Assembly: GCA_046262595.1 (NCBI GenBank)
Contig: JBHEMM010000026.1
Span: forward strand, 550 to 14,918
Length of the DNA: 14,369 bases
Direction: 5' to 3'
Origin: Vulcanimicrobiaceae bacterium
GTDB taxonomy: Bacteria; Vulcanimicrobiota; Vulcanimicrobiia; Vulcanimicrobiales; Vulcanimicrobiaceae
Below, one piece after another: positions 6,788 to 14,046 of the stretch. The notes under the pieces are model-generated. The model saw only the letters and a program-made list of their open reading frames with translations. It was not told the DNA's origin and did no database searches. The translations under genes were made by a program, and so were the position numbers. Numbering within the stretch: the first letter of the stretch is position 1; the number at the start of each line of letters is the position of its first letter.

Positions 6788-8071
6788 ATGGGCATGACCC
6801 TGACCGAGAAGATCCTCGCGCGCCACGCCGGCCTGAACGCAGTGGAGCCGGGCCAAATCATCAACGCTAAAGTCGATCTCGTGCTGGCGAACGAGCTCTC
6901 CGCCGCCGTTGCAATCGGCGTCATGCGCAACATCAAGGGCGCCGATCGTGTCTTTGACCGTGAAAAGATAGCGCTGGTCGAGGATCACTTCGTGCCTGCC
7001 AAAGACGCGCAGTCGGCAAAAATCGCAAAACTGATGAAAGACTTTGCCATCGAGCAAAACATCAAGCACTTTTTCGACGTCGGCCGCGGCGGAATTGAAC
7101 ACGTCGTGCTGCCCGAGGAAGGCCTTGTCGCGCCGGGCGAACTGATCGTCGGCGGCGACTCGCACACGTGCACGTACGGTGCGTTCGGCTCATTCGCAAC
7201 GGGCATGGGTTCGACCGACATCGCAGCGGCGTTCGTGCTCGGCGAGGTGTGGCTGCGGGTTCCGCCGACCATCAAGATCACCTATAACGGCTCGCTGGGC
7301 GAGATGGTCTTCGCCAAAGACATCATGCTCAAGACCGTCGGAACGCTCGGCATCGACGGCGCGACGTACCGCGCTATCGAATATCACGGCACGACGATCG
7401 ACAACCTTTCAATCACCGGGCGCATCACGATGGCAAACATGGCGATCGAAGCCGGCGCGAAGAACGGCATCTTTCACGCCGATGCAAAGACGATAGCGTT
7501 CGTCAAAGAGCGCACCGACCGGCCGTTCATCGTGGAGCACGCCGATGACGACGCGCTTTACGAACAGCAGATCACCATCGACGTGGGGAACTTGGAACCG
7601 CAAATCGCCTGCCCGCACACCCCCGATAACGTGCATCCGATTTCCGAGGTGACGCGCGAAGAGATCAACGTGGATCAAGTCTTCATCGGATCGTGTACGA
7701 ATGGCTACATCGACGACCTGCGCGTGGTGGCGAAGATACTCGACGGCAAGAAAATCGCGTCGAGCTTGCGCGTCATCGTCAACCCGGGTTCGCAAAAAGT
7801 GTGGATGCAGGCGGCGCAGGAAGGGGTTCTTACGACCCTCGCTGCGGCGGGATGCGTTGTCAATACGCCCGGCTGCGGCGCGTGCTTCGGCGGTCACATG
7901 GGCACGCTAGGAGACGGCGAGCGCTGCATCTCCACCACAAACCGCAATTACGTCGGACGCATGGGCTCGCCCAAGGCGGAAGTCTATCTTGCCTCTCCCG
8001 CCACGTGCGCGGCGTCTGCACTAACCGGCCGCATTACCGACCCGCGCACCGTCGTTGCGGCGCTGGTGTAA
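6788..8071 (+). CDS. leuC: 3-isopropylmalate dehydratase large subunit, short (~420 aa) HacA/DmdA-like aconitase subfamily
   Basis: Motifs MGMTLTEKIL, DHFVP, GIEH, GGDSHTCTYGAFG, NMAIEAGAKNG, FIGSCTNG and PGCGACFG (three [4Fe-4S] Cys), STTNRNY.GRMG and YLASP. AGGAG lies at 6771-6775. The exact substrate cannot be fixed from sequence. Confidence 0.9.
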   Translation: MGMTLTEKILARHAGLNAVEPGQIINAKVDLVLANELSAAVAIGVMRNIKGADRVFDREKIALVEDHFVPAKDAQSAKIAKLMKDFAIEQNIKHFFDVGRGGIEHVVLPEEGLVAPGELIVGGDSHTCTYGAFGSFATGMGSTDIAAAFVLGEVWLRVPPTIKITYNGSLGEMVFAKDIMLKTVGTLGIDGATYRAIEYHGTTIDNLSITGRITMANMAIEAGAKNGIFHADAKTIAFVKERTDRPFIVEHADDDALYEQQITIDVGNLEPQIACPHTPDNVHPISEVTREEINVDQVFIGSCTNGYIDDLRVVAKILDGKKIASSLRVIVNPGSQKVWMQAAQEGVLTTLAAAGCVVNTPGCGACFGGHMGTLGDGERCISTTNRNYVGRMGSPKAEVYLASPATCAASALTGRITDPRTVVAALV

Positions 8072-8072
8072 T

Positions 8073-8585
8073 ATGCGCGGCAAAGCACATAAATACGGCA
8101 AGAACATCGACACCGATGTCATCATCCCGGGAAAATACTGCAACATCGTGGATCAAGCCGAACTCGGCAAACACGCGCTCGAAGGCATCGATCCGGAGTT
8201 CGCCACGCGCATGAGCGCGGGCGACATCATCGTCGCCGATACGAACTTCGGCTGCGGATCCAGCCGTGAAGTGGCGCCGATCGCGATCAAGGGATCGGGA
8301 GCGTCAGCGGTGATTGCGAAAAGCTTCGCACGTATTTTTTACCGCAATGCGCTTAACATCGGTCTGCCGATCTTGGAATCACCCGAAGCGGTGGATGGTA
8401 TCCAAAGCGGCGATGAGATAGAGATTGAGCCGGCGACCGGCGCCATCCGCAATCTCACACGCAACGCGACGTATCAGGCGGCAGCGTTTCCTCCCTTCAT
8501 GCAGTCGCTGATCGAGGCGGGCGGTTTTCAGCCGTACGTCGAGCGGCGTTTAGCCGAACAGACGCGAGGCGAAAACGTCCTTTAG
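8073..8585 (+). CDS. leuD: 3-isopropylmalate dehydratase small subunit (short HacB/DmdB-like type)
   Basis: ATG lies 1 nt after the leuC TAA. Motifs [47 protein letters not shown] and AGG near the C-terminus. Confidence 0.92.
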   Translation: MRGKAHKYGKNIDTDVIIPGKYCNIVDQAELGKHALEGIDPEFATRMSAGDIIVADTNFGCGSSREVAPIAIKGSGASAVIAKSFARIFYRNALNIGLPILESPEAVDGIQSGDEIEIEPATGAIRNLTRNATYQAAAFPPFMQSLIEAGGFQPYVERRLAEQTRGENVL

Positions 8586-9211
8586 GGGTTCCCGCCAGGA
8601 TTGCCCGACATGCCGCCTAGGCCGCTGCCGCCGGGCGAAATGTTATCGATCCATTTGTACTTCGGACGGTACGCGGCGGTGAAGCCGAGCAAATCGTTTG
8701 ATGTCGTCAGCGTTCCGACCATATCGCTGTTGCCTTCGGCGGCACCGCTGAACCGGAGCGTGTTTCCGTTTGCAAGCGAAACCACGAGCTGCACTTTTTT
8801 CCCGTCATTCGTGCCGGCGAGCGGAAATCGCTTGCCGTTTTCATCCAAATACACGCCGGTGAGCGCCGTGCCGATTTGCGTGATCTTGAAATGCGAGTAC
8901 ACAACGCCGTCGGTTTTCTGAAGCGCGACTTCCCACACTCCCGTGATCCCCACGCGGTTCTCTTCGGTATCCTTCGGCGGCGCGGGCGTCGCTTTCGGTT
9001 TGCCGCCGATGGTTACGCCCGCGGTGCTTCCCGGAGCTTGGGGAAGGACACCGGGCGGTAACACCGGCGTCGGCGCCACTGTCGGTTGATACGTCGCCTG
9101 CGCACTGGGGAGCGGCGGCGCAACGTTTTGCGCGTGTGCCGTGCCGAGCGCGGCAATCGCGCACGCAGCCGCAAGCAAGAATAGGCTCAAGAAAGAAGTC
9201 AGACGTTTCAC
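8582..9211 (-). CDS. Hypothetical secreted protein (signal peptide, Pro-rich linker, small beta-rich domain)
   Basis: GTG start preceded by TAAGGAG. Signal peptide MKRLTSFLSLFLLAAACAIAALGTAHA ends in an AxA site. A Pro-rich linker precedes 'ITGVWEV...LTGVY...PLAGT' beta strands. The stop overlaps the leuD stop (convergent). Confidence 0.78.
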   Translation of the reverse strand: MKRLTSFLSLFLLAAACAIAALGTAHAQNVAPPLPSAQATYQPTVAPTPVLPPGVLPQAPGSTAGVTIGGKPKATPAPPKDTEENRVGITGVWEVALQKTDGVVYSHFKITQIGTALTGVYLDENGKRFPLAGTNDGKKVQLVVSLANGNTLRFSGAAEGNSDMVGTLTTSNDLLGFTAAYRPKYKWIDNISPGGSGLGGMSGNPGGNP

Positions 9212-9221
9212 GATACGCTCC

Positions 9222-9716
9222 TTACGGCAAGGACACGCGGGATTCCGGTGAGGCGCTCGGTTGCGCTGCCGGACTTGCTTCAGGGCGGCGGATTTCGTTG
9301 GGCAGCCGGCGGTGCAGGGTCACGGGCTGCACCGCGGCAGCGAGGGCATGCGCGTCGGCCGTCAGCGGATCGTTCCCGGGACATTCTAAGTCGTCGGACG
9401 ACCAGCCGTGGTAACGCGCGACCGTGGAGCTTCCGAATGATGCGCTCTTCATACATGTTTTCGCTTCGTTTGCCGAGCCGGCGCGCTTGGCGGCGCGCAG
9501 ATCGGCGAACAACCGCGCGACGACATCCCGCGGTGCGCGCGTCATGCCGGCGGCGGCGACCGCTCGTCCGTCGGACCACACCTTGATCGTGTAGCCCGGC
9601 GTGTTCGTCGAGCCGGAGTTTACCAAAATTGCACCATCGGGGCCGCCCGAAGCAAGCGAAACCGCCGCCGCAGCGGCAACGAAAAGGCCTGCGAGAACCG
9701 TTGAGCATGTACGCAT
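9222..9716 (-). CDS. Hypothetical secreted protein with a Cys pair
   Basis: Hydrophobic N-terminus (VLAGLFVAAAAAVSLA) followed by a non-repetitive core NSGSTNTPGYTIKVWSDG...CMKSASFGSST...SDDLECP. Its TAA forms part of the Shine-Dalgarno of the next gene. Confidence 0.72.
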   Translation of the reverse strand: MRTCSTVLAGLFVAAAAAVSLASGGPDGAILVNSGSTNTPGYTIKVWSDGRAVAAAGMTRAPRDVVARLFADLRAAKRAGSANEAKTCMKSASFGSSTVARYHGWSSDDLECPGNDPLTADAHALAAAVQPVTLHRRLPNEIRRPEASPAAQPSASPESRVSLP

Positions 9717-9862
9717 GTCCGGGTAACGCGCCGTTCTTCGTGTTTGTTTCTTCGCTCGCTCTTGACCGAATCGATAAAGTTGCCGTCTGCGGCGAGCATG
9801 ACTTTAGACGCACCCGCGGGAATCGCACAGGCGTAATCTGTTTCGCACGTCAGGGGTTCGTT

Positions 9863-11269
9863 TTGAGAAACCGTCTTATAGTGATGGGCGCCGCCCTTTT
9901 CCTCGCGGCGAGTCTTGCCGCATGCGGGGGCGGTGGCGGCGGAGGCACCGGCGGCGGAGGCGGGGTTGGCGTTATTCCGACGCCCACGCCCACGCCGACA
10001 TCGACACCGACACCCGCTGCAACGCTGAATCCGTATGGCTGCGTCGGCTCGACGCCGTACGCAACGGTGGCGCGCCGGCCGATGATCGCGCATCCCATTG
10101 CTGCGGGCGATTCGTTCACGTACAGCGGCACCATTTCCGATACGCGCACGCAAAGCGCGCCGTGTGCGCAGCCCACGGCTACGTCGGCCGCTACGGTTTC
10201 GGTATCGGTCGCGGCAAGCGCGACGACCATGCCTGATGCTTCTGCGGGCAGCGACTTCAAGTCGACGGAAGCGGATGCGTTTCCAACGCTGACGCAAACC
10301 ACGATCACCGACCTCTCCGTCAAGAGCACCGCCTCGCAATTTCTGCTATACGCCGAGAAGAACTCCGACACCAACGGCAATTCGGCGGATATGATTTACA
10401 CCGTCCCGCAGCTTCTGGATCGCAATCCTGAGGCATCCGGTTCATGGGGCGCTTCGGGGAGTTCGTACTTCAATAACCCGGCCGGCACGTTTACCGAGAA
10501 CCTCGCGGACGGGACGGCCGTGAGCCGCACGATTGCCGCCGACGGTTCGTACATCGATACGGAAACGTTTCCCGGCGGCGCGGGAACCGCGACAATCACC
10601 GTAAACGGCGCGGTCAACGCGCGCAGCCTCGACGGTTCGGGCTCGTACGGGCTCGCAGGCGCCACTTTCAGCTACGCAGCGCCGGCGGCGGGCAGCATTA
10701 CGCTGACGATTACCCAGCCGGGATCGACGAAGACGCGCACGTTTCCGGCATGGTTCTCCTCGCCCGGCTCCACGTCGTATATCTCGGATGGGTTCGCTGA
10801 TAGCGGTCCCTCGCTCATTGATGCCGGCTGCACGGTCGATCCCGCCGCGGGCGCCACGGGTGAGAAGGTCATCGAGACGCACTCCGTGCTGGACCCCGTG
10901 CTCGGATATCAAGACACGCGCGTGACGACCTCATACAACGTGAGCGGCTTCGGCGCCGTTTGCGTGAAGATCGACGACACGCTCAAGTCGTATTACGACT
11001 ACACCAACGATACGACGAAGATCGATTACCAATCGCAAAACGGGTCGCCCAATTCGGTCGACGATTTTGTCGAGTTCTTGAGCATGACGTCCACGTCGTC
11101 CTATCCGGCCGTCCGGACGGCATCCGCGCGGACACAAGGGGTCTCACCGCTAAGCGTTGCCGCACACATTTCTGCACTCGAATTGCGCCGGGAAGTGCAG
11201 CGTGCGCAAAGAGTGCACGCTCTTCACGATATCTTGCTCCGCAATGCGGCCGAAGGAGGCGCGCGATGA
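9863..11269 (+). CDS. Hypothetical Ser/Thr-rich lipoprotein (~468 aa)
   Basis: TTG start at 9863 after AGGGG gives a basic n-region, h-region and lipobox LAAC, followed by a Gly run, a PT-repeat linker and a Thr/Ser/Gly-rich beta-like body. The TGA overlaps the next ATG. ATG 9884 is an alternative start. Confidence 0.8.
   Translation: MRNRLIVMGAALFLAASLAACGGGGGGGTGGGGGVGVIPTPTPTPTSTPTPAATLNPYGCVGSTPYATVARRPMIAHPIAAGDSFTYSGTISDTRTQSAPCAQPTATSAATVSVSVAASATTMPDASAGSDFKSTEADAFPTLTQTTITDLSVKSTASQFLLYAEKNSDTNGNSADMIYTVPQLLDRNPEASGSWGASGSSYFNNPAGTFTENLADGTAVSRTIAADGSYIDTETFPGGAGTATITVNGAVNARSLDGSGSYGLAGATFSYAAPAAGSITLTITQPGSTKTRTFPAWFSSPGSTSYISDGFADSGPSLIDAGCTVDPAAGATGEKVIETHSVLDPVLGYQDTRVTTSYNVSGFGAVCVKIDDTLKSYYDYTNDTTKIDYQSQNGSPNSVDDFVEFLSMTSTSSYPAVRTASARTQGVSPLSVAAHISALELRREVQRAQRVHALHDILLRNAAEGGAR
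9977..10015 (+). repeat. Coding Pro-Thr low-complexity linker (PTPTPTPTSTPTP)
   Basis: Degenerate ccg/ccc-acg/aca hexamer repeats in frame within the lipoprotein. Confidence 0.75.
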
Positions 11270-13413
11270 AAGTCTCAGCACTGAGTGCGCTCGCGTGCTC
11301 GCTTGCGATCGTTGCGCTCGCCGCTTGCGGCGGTCATAGCTCCCCGATGCTTCCGGCATCCAATCCGGGCGGTTCGAACCTATCCGGAACGGCTTCGTTC
11401 GACTGGGGCAAAGAAGCGATGAGCGGAGCGGCCTATGCGGGTCCTGCAAACGCCGGGCACATGCAAGTCTCCGTGCTGGTCAATCAACAGAACGCGCAAG
11501 GTTTGCTGCAATATGCGCAGCAAGCCGCCGATCCCGCTTCCGCGTCGTACCGCCGCTTTCTGACGCCGGACGAAATTGCAGCGCGCTTCGGCGCAACGCT
11601 GCAAGACTATCGCAAAACCGCAAACTATTTCGTGGCTAACGGGCTCACCGTCGGCGGTTGGCGTCAGCGGCTCTCGCTTACCGTAGCGGGCCCGCAACAG
11701 GCGATGGAAAAAGCCTTCGGTACGAAGTTCGGGCTGTATACCAAAGACGGCGCGGAATTTGTCGCGCCGGTAACGACGCCTCACTTCGCCGCTGCGCTCC
11801 CGGTGACAGCCGTCTCGAATTTGGTGGCGGAGCGCACGATGCACACGTACGCCGTCCCCGTGCCTCCGCGCGCGAACGCAAACGACACGCTGGGCTATTC
11901 GCCGCAGCAGCTGCGCACGGCGTTCGATTACAGCGGCGCATACACCGCCGGTTTCAGCGGCAACGGAATAACGATTGGAATCATCGGCACAGGGCCGATC
12001 AACGTGACGCGCAGCGGCCCGGGTGCGTTGTGTAACGACGCCGACCTCGCGGCGCTCAAGGCCTTGTACGCAACGAGTTCCGCGCCGGTGTGCGAACGTG
12101 ACGTAACGACGAGCGGTGTCGCCGCCGGTCTGGCCGCTTCCGGTATTCCTACGGCCAGTCCGACGTGGAGCCCCGTACCGAACGCAACGCCCTCGCCGAA
12201 TCCCGGCGTTTCACCGCCGTCCTTGTTCCCGTTCTCCGGCAGCTTCCAGACGCCGCCGCCTGTTTCGCAGAACACGTGCACCGGCGCTCTCCCTGCCTGT
12301 AACCCGGAAGATCTCGAAGCGCAACTCGACGTCGAACAGGCCGCAATGCTTGCGACCGGCGCAACGGTAACCTTCTATCTGGCCTACAACGCCGCCGATT
12401 GCGCCGTCATCTTCCCCGATTCGTGCACGACGAGCGGCAGCAATGCCGCGACGGCCTATCTTGGAATCACGGAAGGCGACGCGGAGATCCAACAAGCGAT
12501 CGCCGACAATACGGCGGACGTCATCTCGATCAGCTACGGCGGCGGAGAGCCGCAGCAAGCCGGCAGCGGCCTCGGCTCGGCATTTGATTCCCGCGGCCGC
12601 GGCTATGCGCCCGTTGAGTTCGCGGAACTCGCTGCTGAAGGCATAGCGGTGTTCGTCTCGTCGGGCGACAGCGGCTCAGCCGAGTGTCTGGGAGGCACCA
12701 ATGGCTACTTGCCGCAGCCGTGCGTGAGTTATCCCTCAGGCGATGTCAACGTAACGTCGGTCGGCGGCGTCAATGCGCCGATCAACGAGTTCGGACAATT
12801 GAACGCAAACCTCACGGCGTGGGGCGTCACGAACGGCGGCTTAAGTCAAACGGACCACAGCTCAGCGAGCGGATCGGGAGGCGGCACATCGACGATCTTT
12901 TCCGCGCCGCCGTGGCAGTACTCCGCCATCGGCGCGACGATGCGCGAACAGCCCGACGTCTCTCTTGTCGGCGATACGCTGACCGGCGTTACGGTGTATA
13001 CCAACGGCACGTGCAGCAACTGCGGCGGATCCCCCGGAGCAACGGCGGTCGGCGGTACCAGCGTTGCAACCCCGGAGATGGCGGCAATGTGGGCGCTGGT
13101 TTTAGATGCCTGCAATCAGTCGGCTTCATGCAAATCGGGCGGTTCGGGAGCGAAGCCCTACCGTCTGGGTAATGCGGCGCCGTACTTTTACAGCATCTAC
13201 AAAGGCAGCAGCGCGGCAGGCACGGGTCACATCGGATTCTCGCCGTTCCTGAGCTACGTGAACACGTTCTACGACGTCGTCTACGGCAACAACGCCATGC
13301 CGGGAACGGCTACGCCGGTCCCCGGCGTAAACGCCGGCCCAGGCTATGATGAAGTCACCGGGCTCGGTGTCCCGTTTGCCCGGCACCTCGTCAAAGCAGT
13401 TACGAACCGCTAA
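11266..13413 (+). CDS. S53 (sedolisin/kumamolisin-like) serine-carboxyl peptidase, lipoprotein with pro-domain (715 aa)
   Basis: ATG follows GAAGGAGG and leads into lipobox LAAC. Pro-kumamolisin segment DPASASYRRFLTPDEIAARFGA. Catalytic EAQLD (Glu 12316-18, Asp 12328-30), oxyanion SSGDSG, PDVS, nucleophile GGTSVATP (Ser 13060-62) and Ca-site GYDEVTGLGVP. Confidence 0.93.
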   Translation: MKVSALSALACSLAIVALAACGGHSSPMLPASNPGGSNLSGTASFDWGKEAMSGAAYAGPANAGHMQVSVLVNQQNAQGLLQYAQQAADPASASYRRFLTPDEIAARFGATLQDYRKTANYFVANGLTVGGWRQRLSLTVAGPQQAMEKAFGTKFGLYTKDGAEFVAPVTTPHFAAALPVTAVSNLVAERTMHTYAVPVPPRANANDTLGYSPQQLRTAFDYSGAYTAGFSGNGITIGIIGTGPINVTRSGPGALCNDADLAALKALYATSSAPVCERDVTTSGVAAGLAASGIPTASPTWSPVPNATPSPNPGVSPPSLFPFSGSFQTPPPVSQNTCTGALPACNPEDLEAQLDVEQAAMLATGATVTFYLAYNAADCAVIFPDSCTTSGSNAATAYLGITEGDAEIQQAIADNTADVISISYGGGEPQQAGSGLGSAFDSRGRGYAPVEFAELAAEGIAVFVSSGDSGSAECLGGTNGYLPQPCVSYPSGDVNVTSVGGVNAPINEFGQLNANLTAWGVTNGGLSQTDHSSASGSGGGTSTIFSAPPWQYSAIGATMREQPDVSLVGDTLTGVTVYTNGTCSNCGGSPGATAVGGTSVATPEMAAMWALVLDACNQSASCKSGGSGAKPYRLGNAAPYFYSIYKGSSAAGTGHIGFSPFLSYVNTFYDVVYGNNAMPGTATPVPGVNAGPGYDEVTGLGVPFARHLVKAVTNR

Positions 13414-13416
13414 AGC

Positions 13417-13446
13417 GGCAGGAGGGGCGGGTCTGTCCCTCTTGCC
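13417..13446 (+). terminator. GC-rich stem-loop after the S53 gene (possible terminator without a U-tract)
   Basis: GGCAGGAGGGGC (13417-28) pairs with GTCCCTCTTGCC (13435-46) over 12 bp including two G.U pairs, starting 3 nt after the TAA. No poly-U follows. Confidence 0.5.
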
Positions 13447-13451
13447 AGCCC

Positions 13452-13460
13452 TGGTATAAT
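13452..13460 (+). promoter_or_regulatory. Extended -10 promoter (TGnTATAAT) for rpmE
   Basis: Perfect TGGTATAAT ends 9 nt before the rpmE GTG. No properly spaced -35 and no clear Shine-Dalgarno. Confidence 0.75.
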
Positions 13461-13469
13461 CGATAGGCT

Positions 13470-13736
13470 GTGAAAGAGAAGATTCATCCGAAATGGTATC
13501 CCGAGGCACGGGTCCACTGTGCTTGCGGGTCGACGTTTACCACCGGCTCGACGGTCCCGCAGATCGCGGTCGAGATTTGTTCTGCCTGCCATCCGCTTTT
13601 TACGGGGCAGCAGAAGTTCATCGACACGGCCGGCCGCGTCGATAAGTTCCGCCAGCGTGAAGAGATCGCCAAGCAGAAACAAGAAGAGGCTGCCGCCCGC
13701 AAGGCCAAGCGCGAGGCCGCCAAAGTCGAGGCCTAG
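13470..13736 (+). CDS. rpmE: 50S ribosomal protein L31, Zn-binding type A
   Basis: MKEKIHPKW...VHCACG...[27 protein letters not shown], with all four Zn-ligand Cys present and a Lys/Ala/Glu-rich tail. Confidence 0.97.
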   Translation: MKEKIHPKWYPEARVHCACGSTFTTGSTVPQIAVEICSACHPLFTGQQKFIDTAGRVDKFRQREEIAKQKQEEAAARKAKREAAKVEA

Positions 13737-13751
13737 CCTCCCCATGTTTGC

Positions 13752-13785
13752 AAAGCAAGCCCCTCGCGGGCTTGCTTTTTGCTTT
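13752..13785 (+). terminator. Intrinsic (rho-independent) terminator after rpmE
   Basis: AAAGCAAGCCC-ctcgc-GGGCTTGCTTT perfect inverted repeat (13752-62 / 13768-78) running into a T-rich tract (TTTTTGCTTT). Confidence 0.85.
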
Positions 13786-13794
13786 GGTCTCGCG

Positions 13795-13803
13795 TGATAG
13801 GCT
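13795..13803 (+). promoter_or_regulatory. Candidate extended -10 (TGaTAGGCT) for a leaderless transcript starting at ATG 13810
   Basis: TGnTAnnnT pattern ends 6 nt before the ATG, with no Shine-Dalgarno. Confidence 0.5.
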
Positions 13804-13809
13804 ACGTCT

Positions 13810-14028
13810 ATGAAGACCGTCAATGTGTATGAGGCCAAGGCCCATCTGTCGTGCGTCATCGACGAAGCACGCAGCGGTAAAGAGCTTGTCCTGACAAACA
13901 ATGCGGAGCCGCTTGTCCGCCTCGTTCCCGTGCGTGAAGGAAAACCGTCCGACGCTTCGGCATGGACGGCGGCGCTTTCCAGGTTGCCGACGACTTCGAC
14001 GAGCCGCTCGACGATGCGCCGCAGCTGA
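13810..14028 (+). pseudogene. Phd/YefM (prevent-host-death) family antitoxin, frameshifted and without toxin
   Basis: N-terminus MKTVNVYEAKAHLS.VIDEARSGKELVLT...EPLVRLVP is typical Phd. The family-like tail RRFGMDGGAFQVADDFDEPL is encoded in the -1 frame from about 13947, while frame 0 continues as unrelated sequence to TGA 14026-28. Confidence 0.78.
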
Positions 14029-14046
14029 TCGAAAACAGCATCATTT

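Noticed and set aside
5826..6797. 323-aa plus-strand ORF
   Set aside because: Antisense to metY, with no domain signature.
1420..8585. Alternative lysine or ornithine pathway (homoaconitase, LuxE/LuxC as a split aminoadipate reductase, LysJ/ArgD-like aminotransferase)
   Set aside because: Chemically attractive but down-weighted. The aminotransferase lacks the HGRT Arg, QGEGG Glu and C-terminal Arg kept by ArgD-like enzymes, and no lysW, lysX, homocitrate synthase or homoisocitrate dehydrogenase is present. It cannot be fully excluded without the rest of the genome.
9925..10015. GGC-rich and ACGCCC-type repeats as a non-coding repeat or CRISPR array
   Set aside because: They are in-frame Gly and Pro-Thr linker codons with no repeat-spacer structure.
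9629..11265. ORF-track starts at 9629 and 10960 for the two lipoproteins
   Set aside because: Signal peptides, lipoboxes and ribosome-binding sites place the starts at about 9863 and at 11266.
13442..13447. TTGCCA as the -35 box of the rpmE promoter
   Set aside because: It is only 7 nt from TATAAT, far short of the 16-18 nt spacing required.
13936..13946. Programmed -1 frameshift in the antitoxin
   Set aside because: A GGA AAA is not a canonical X XXY YYZ heptamer, I see no clear stimulatory element, and the shifted frame runs into prfA. Mutation or sequencing indel is simpler.
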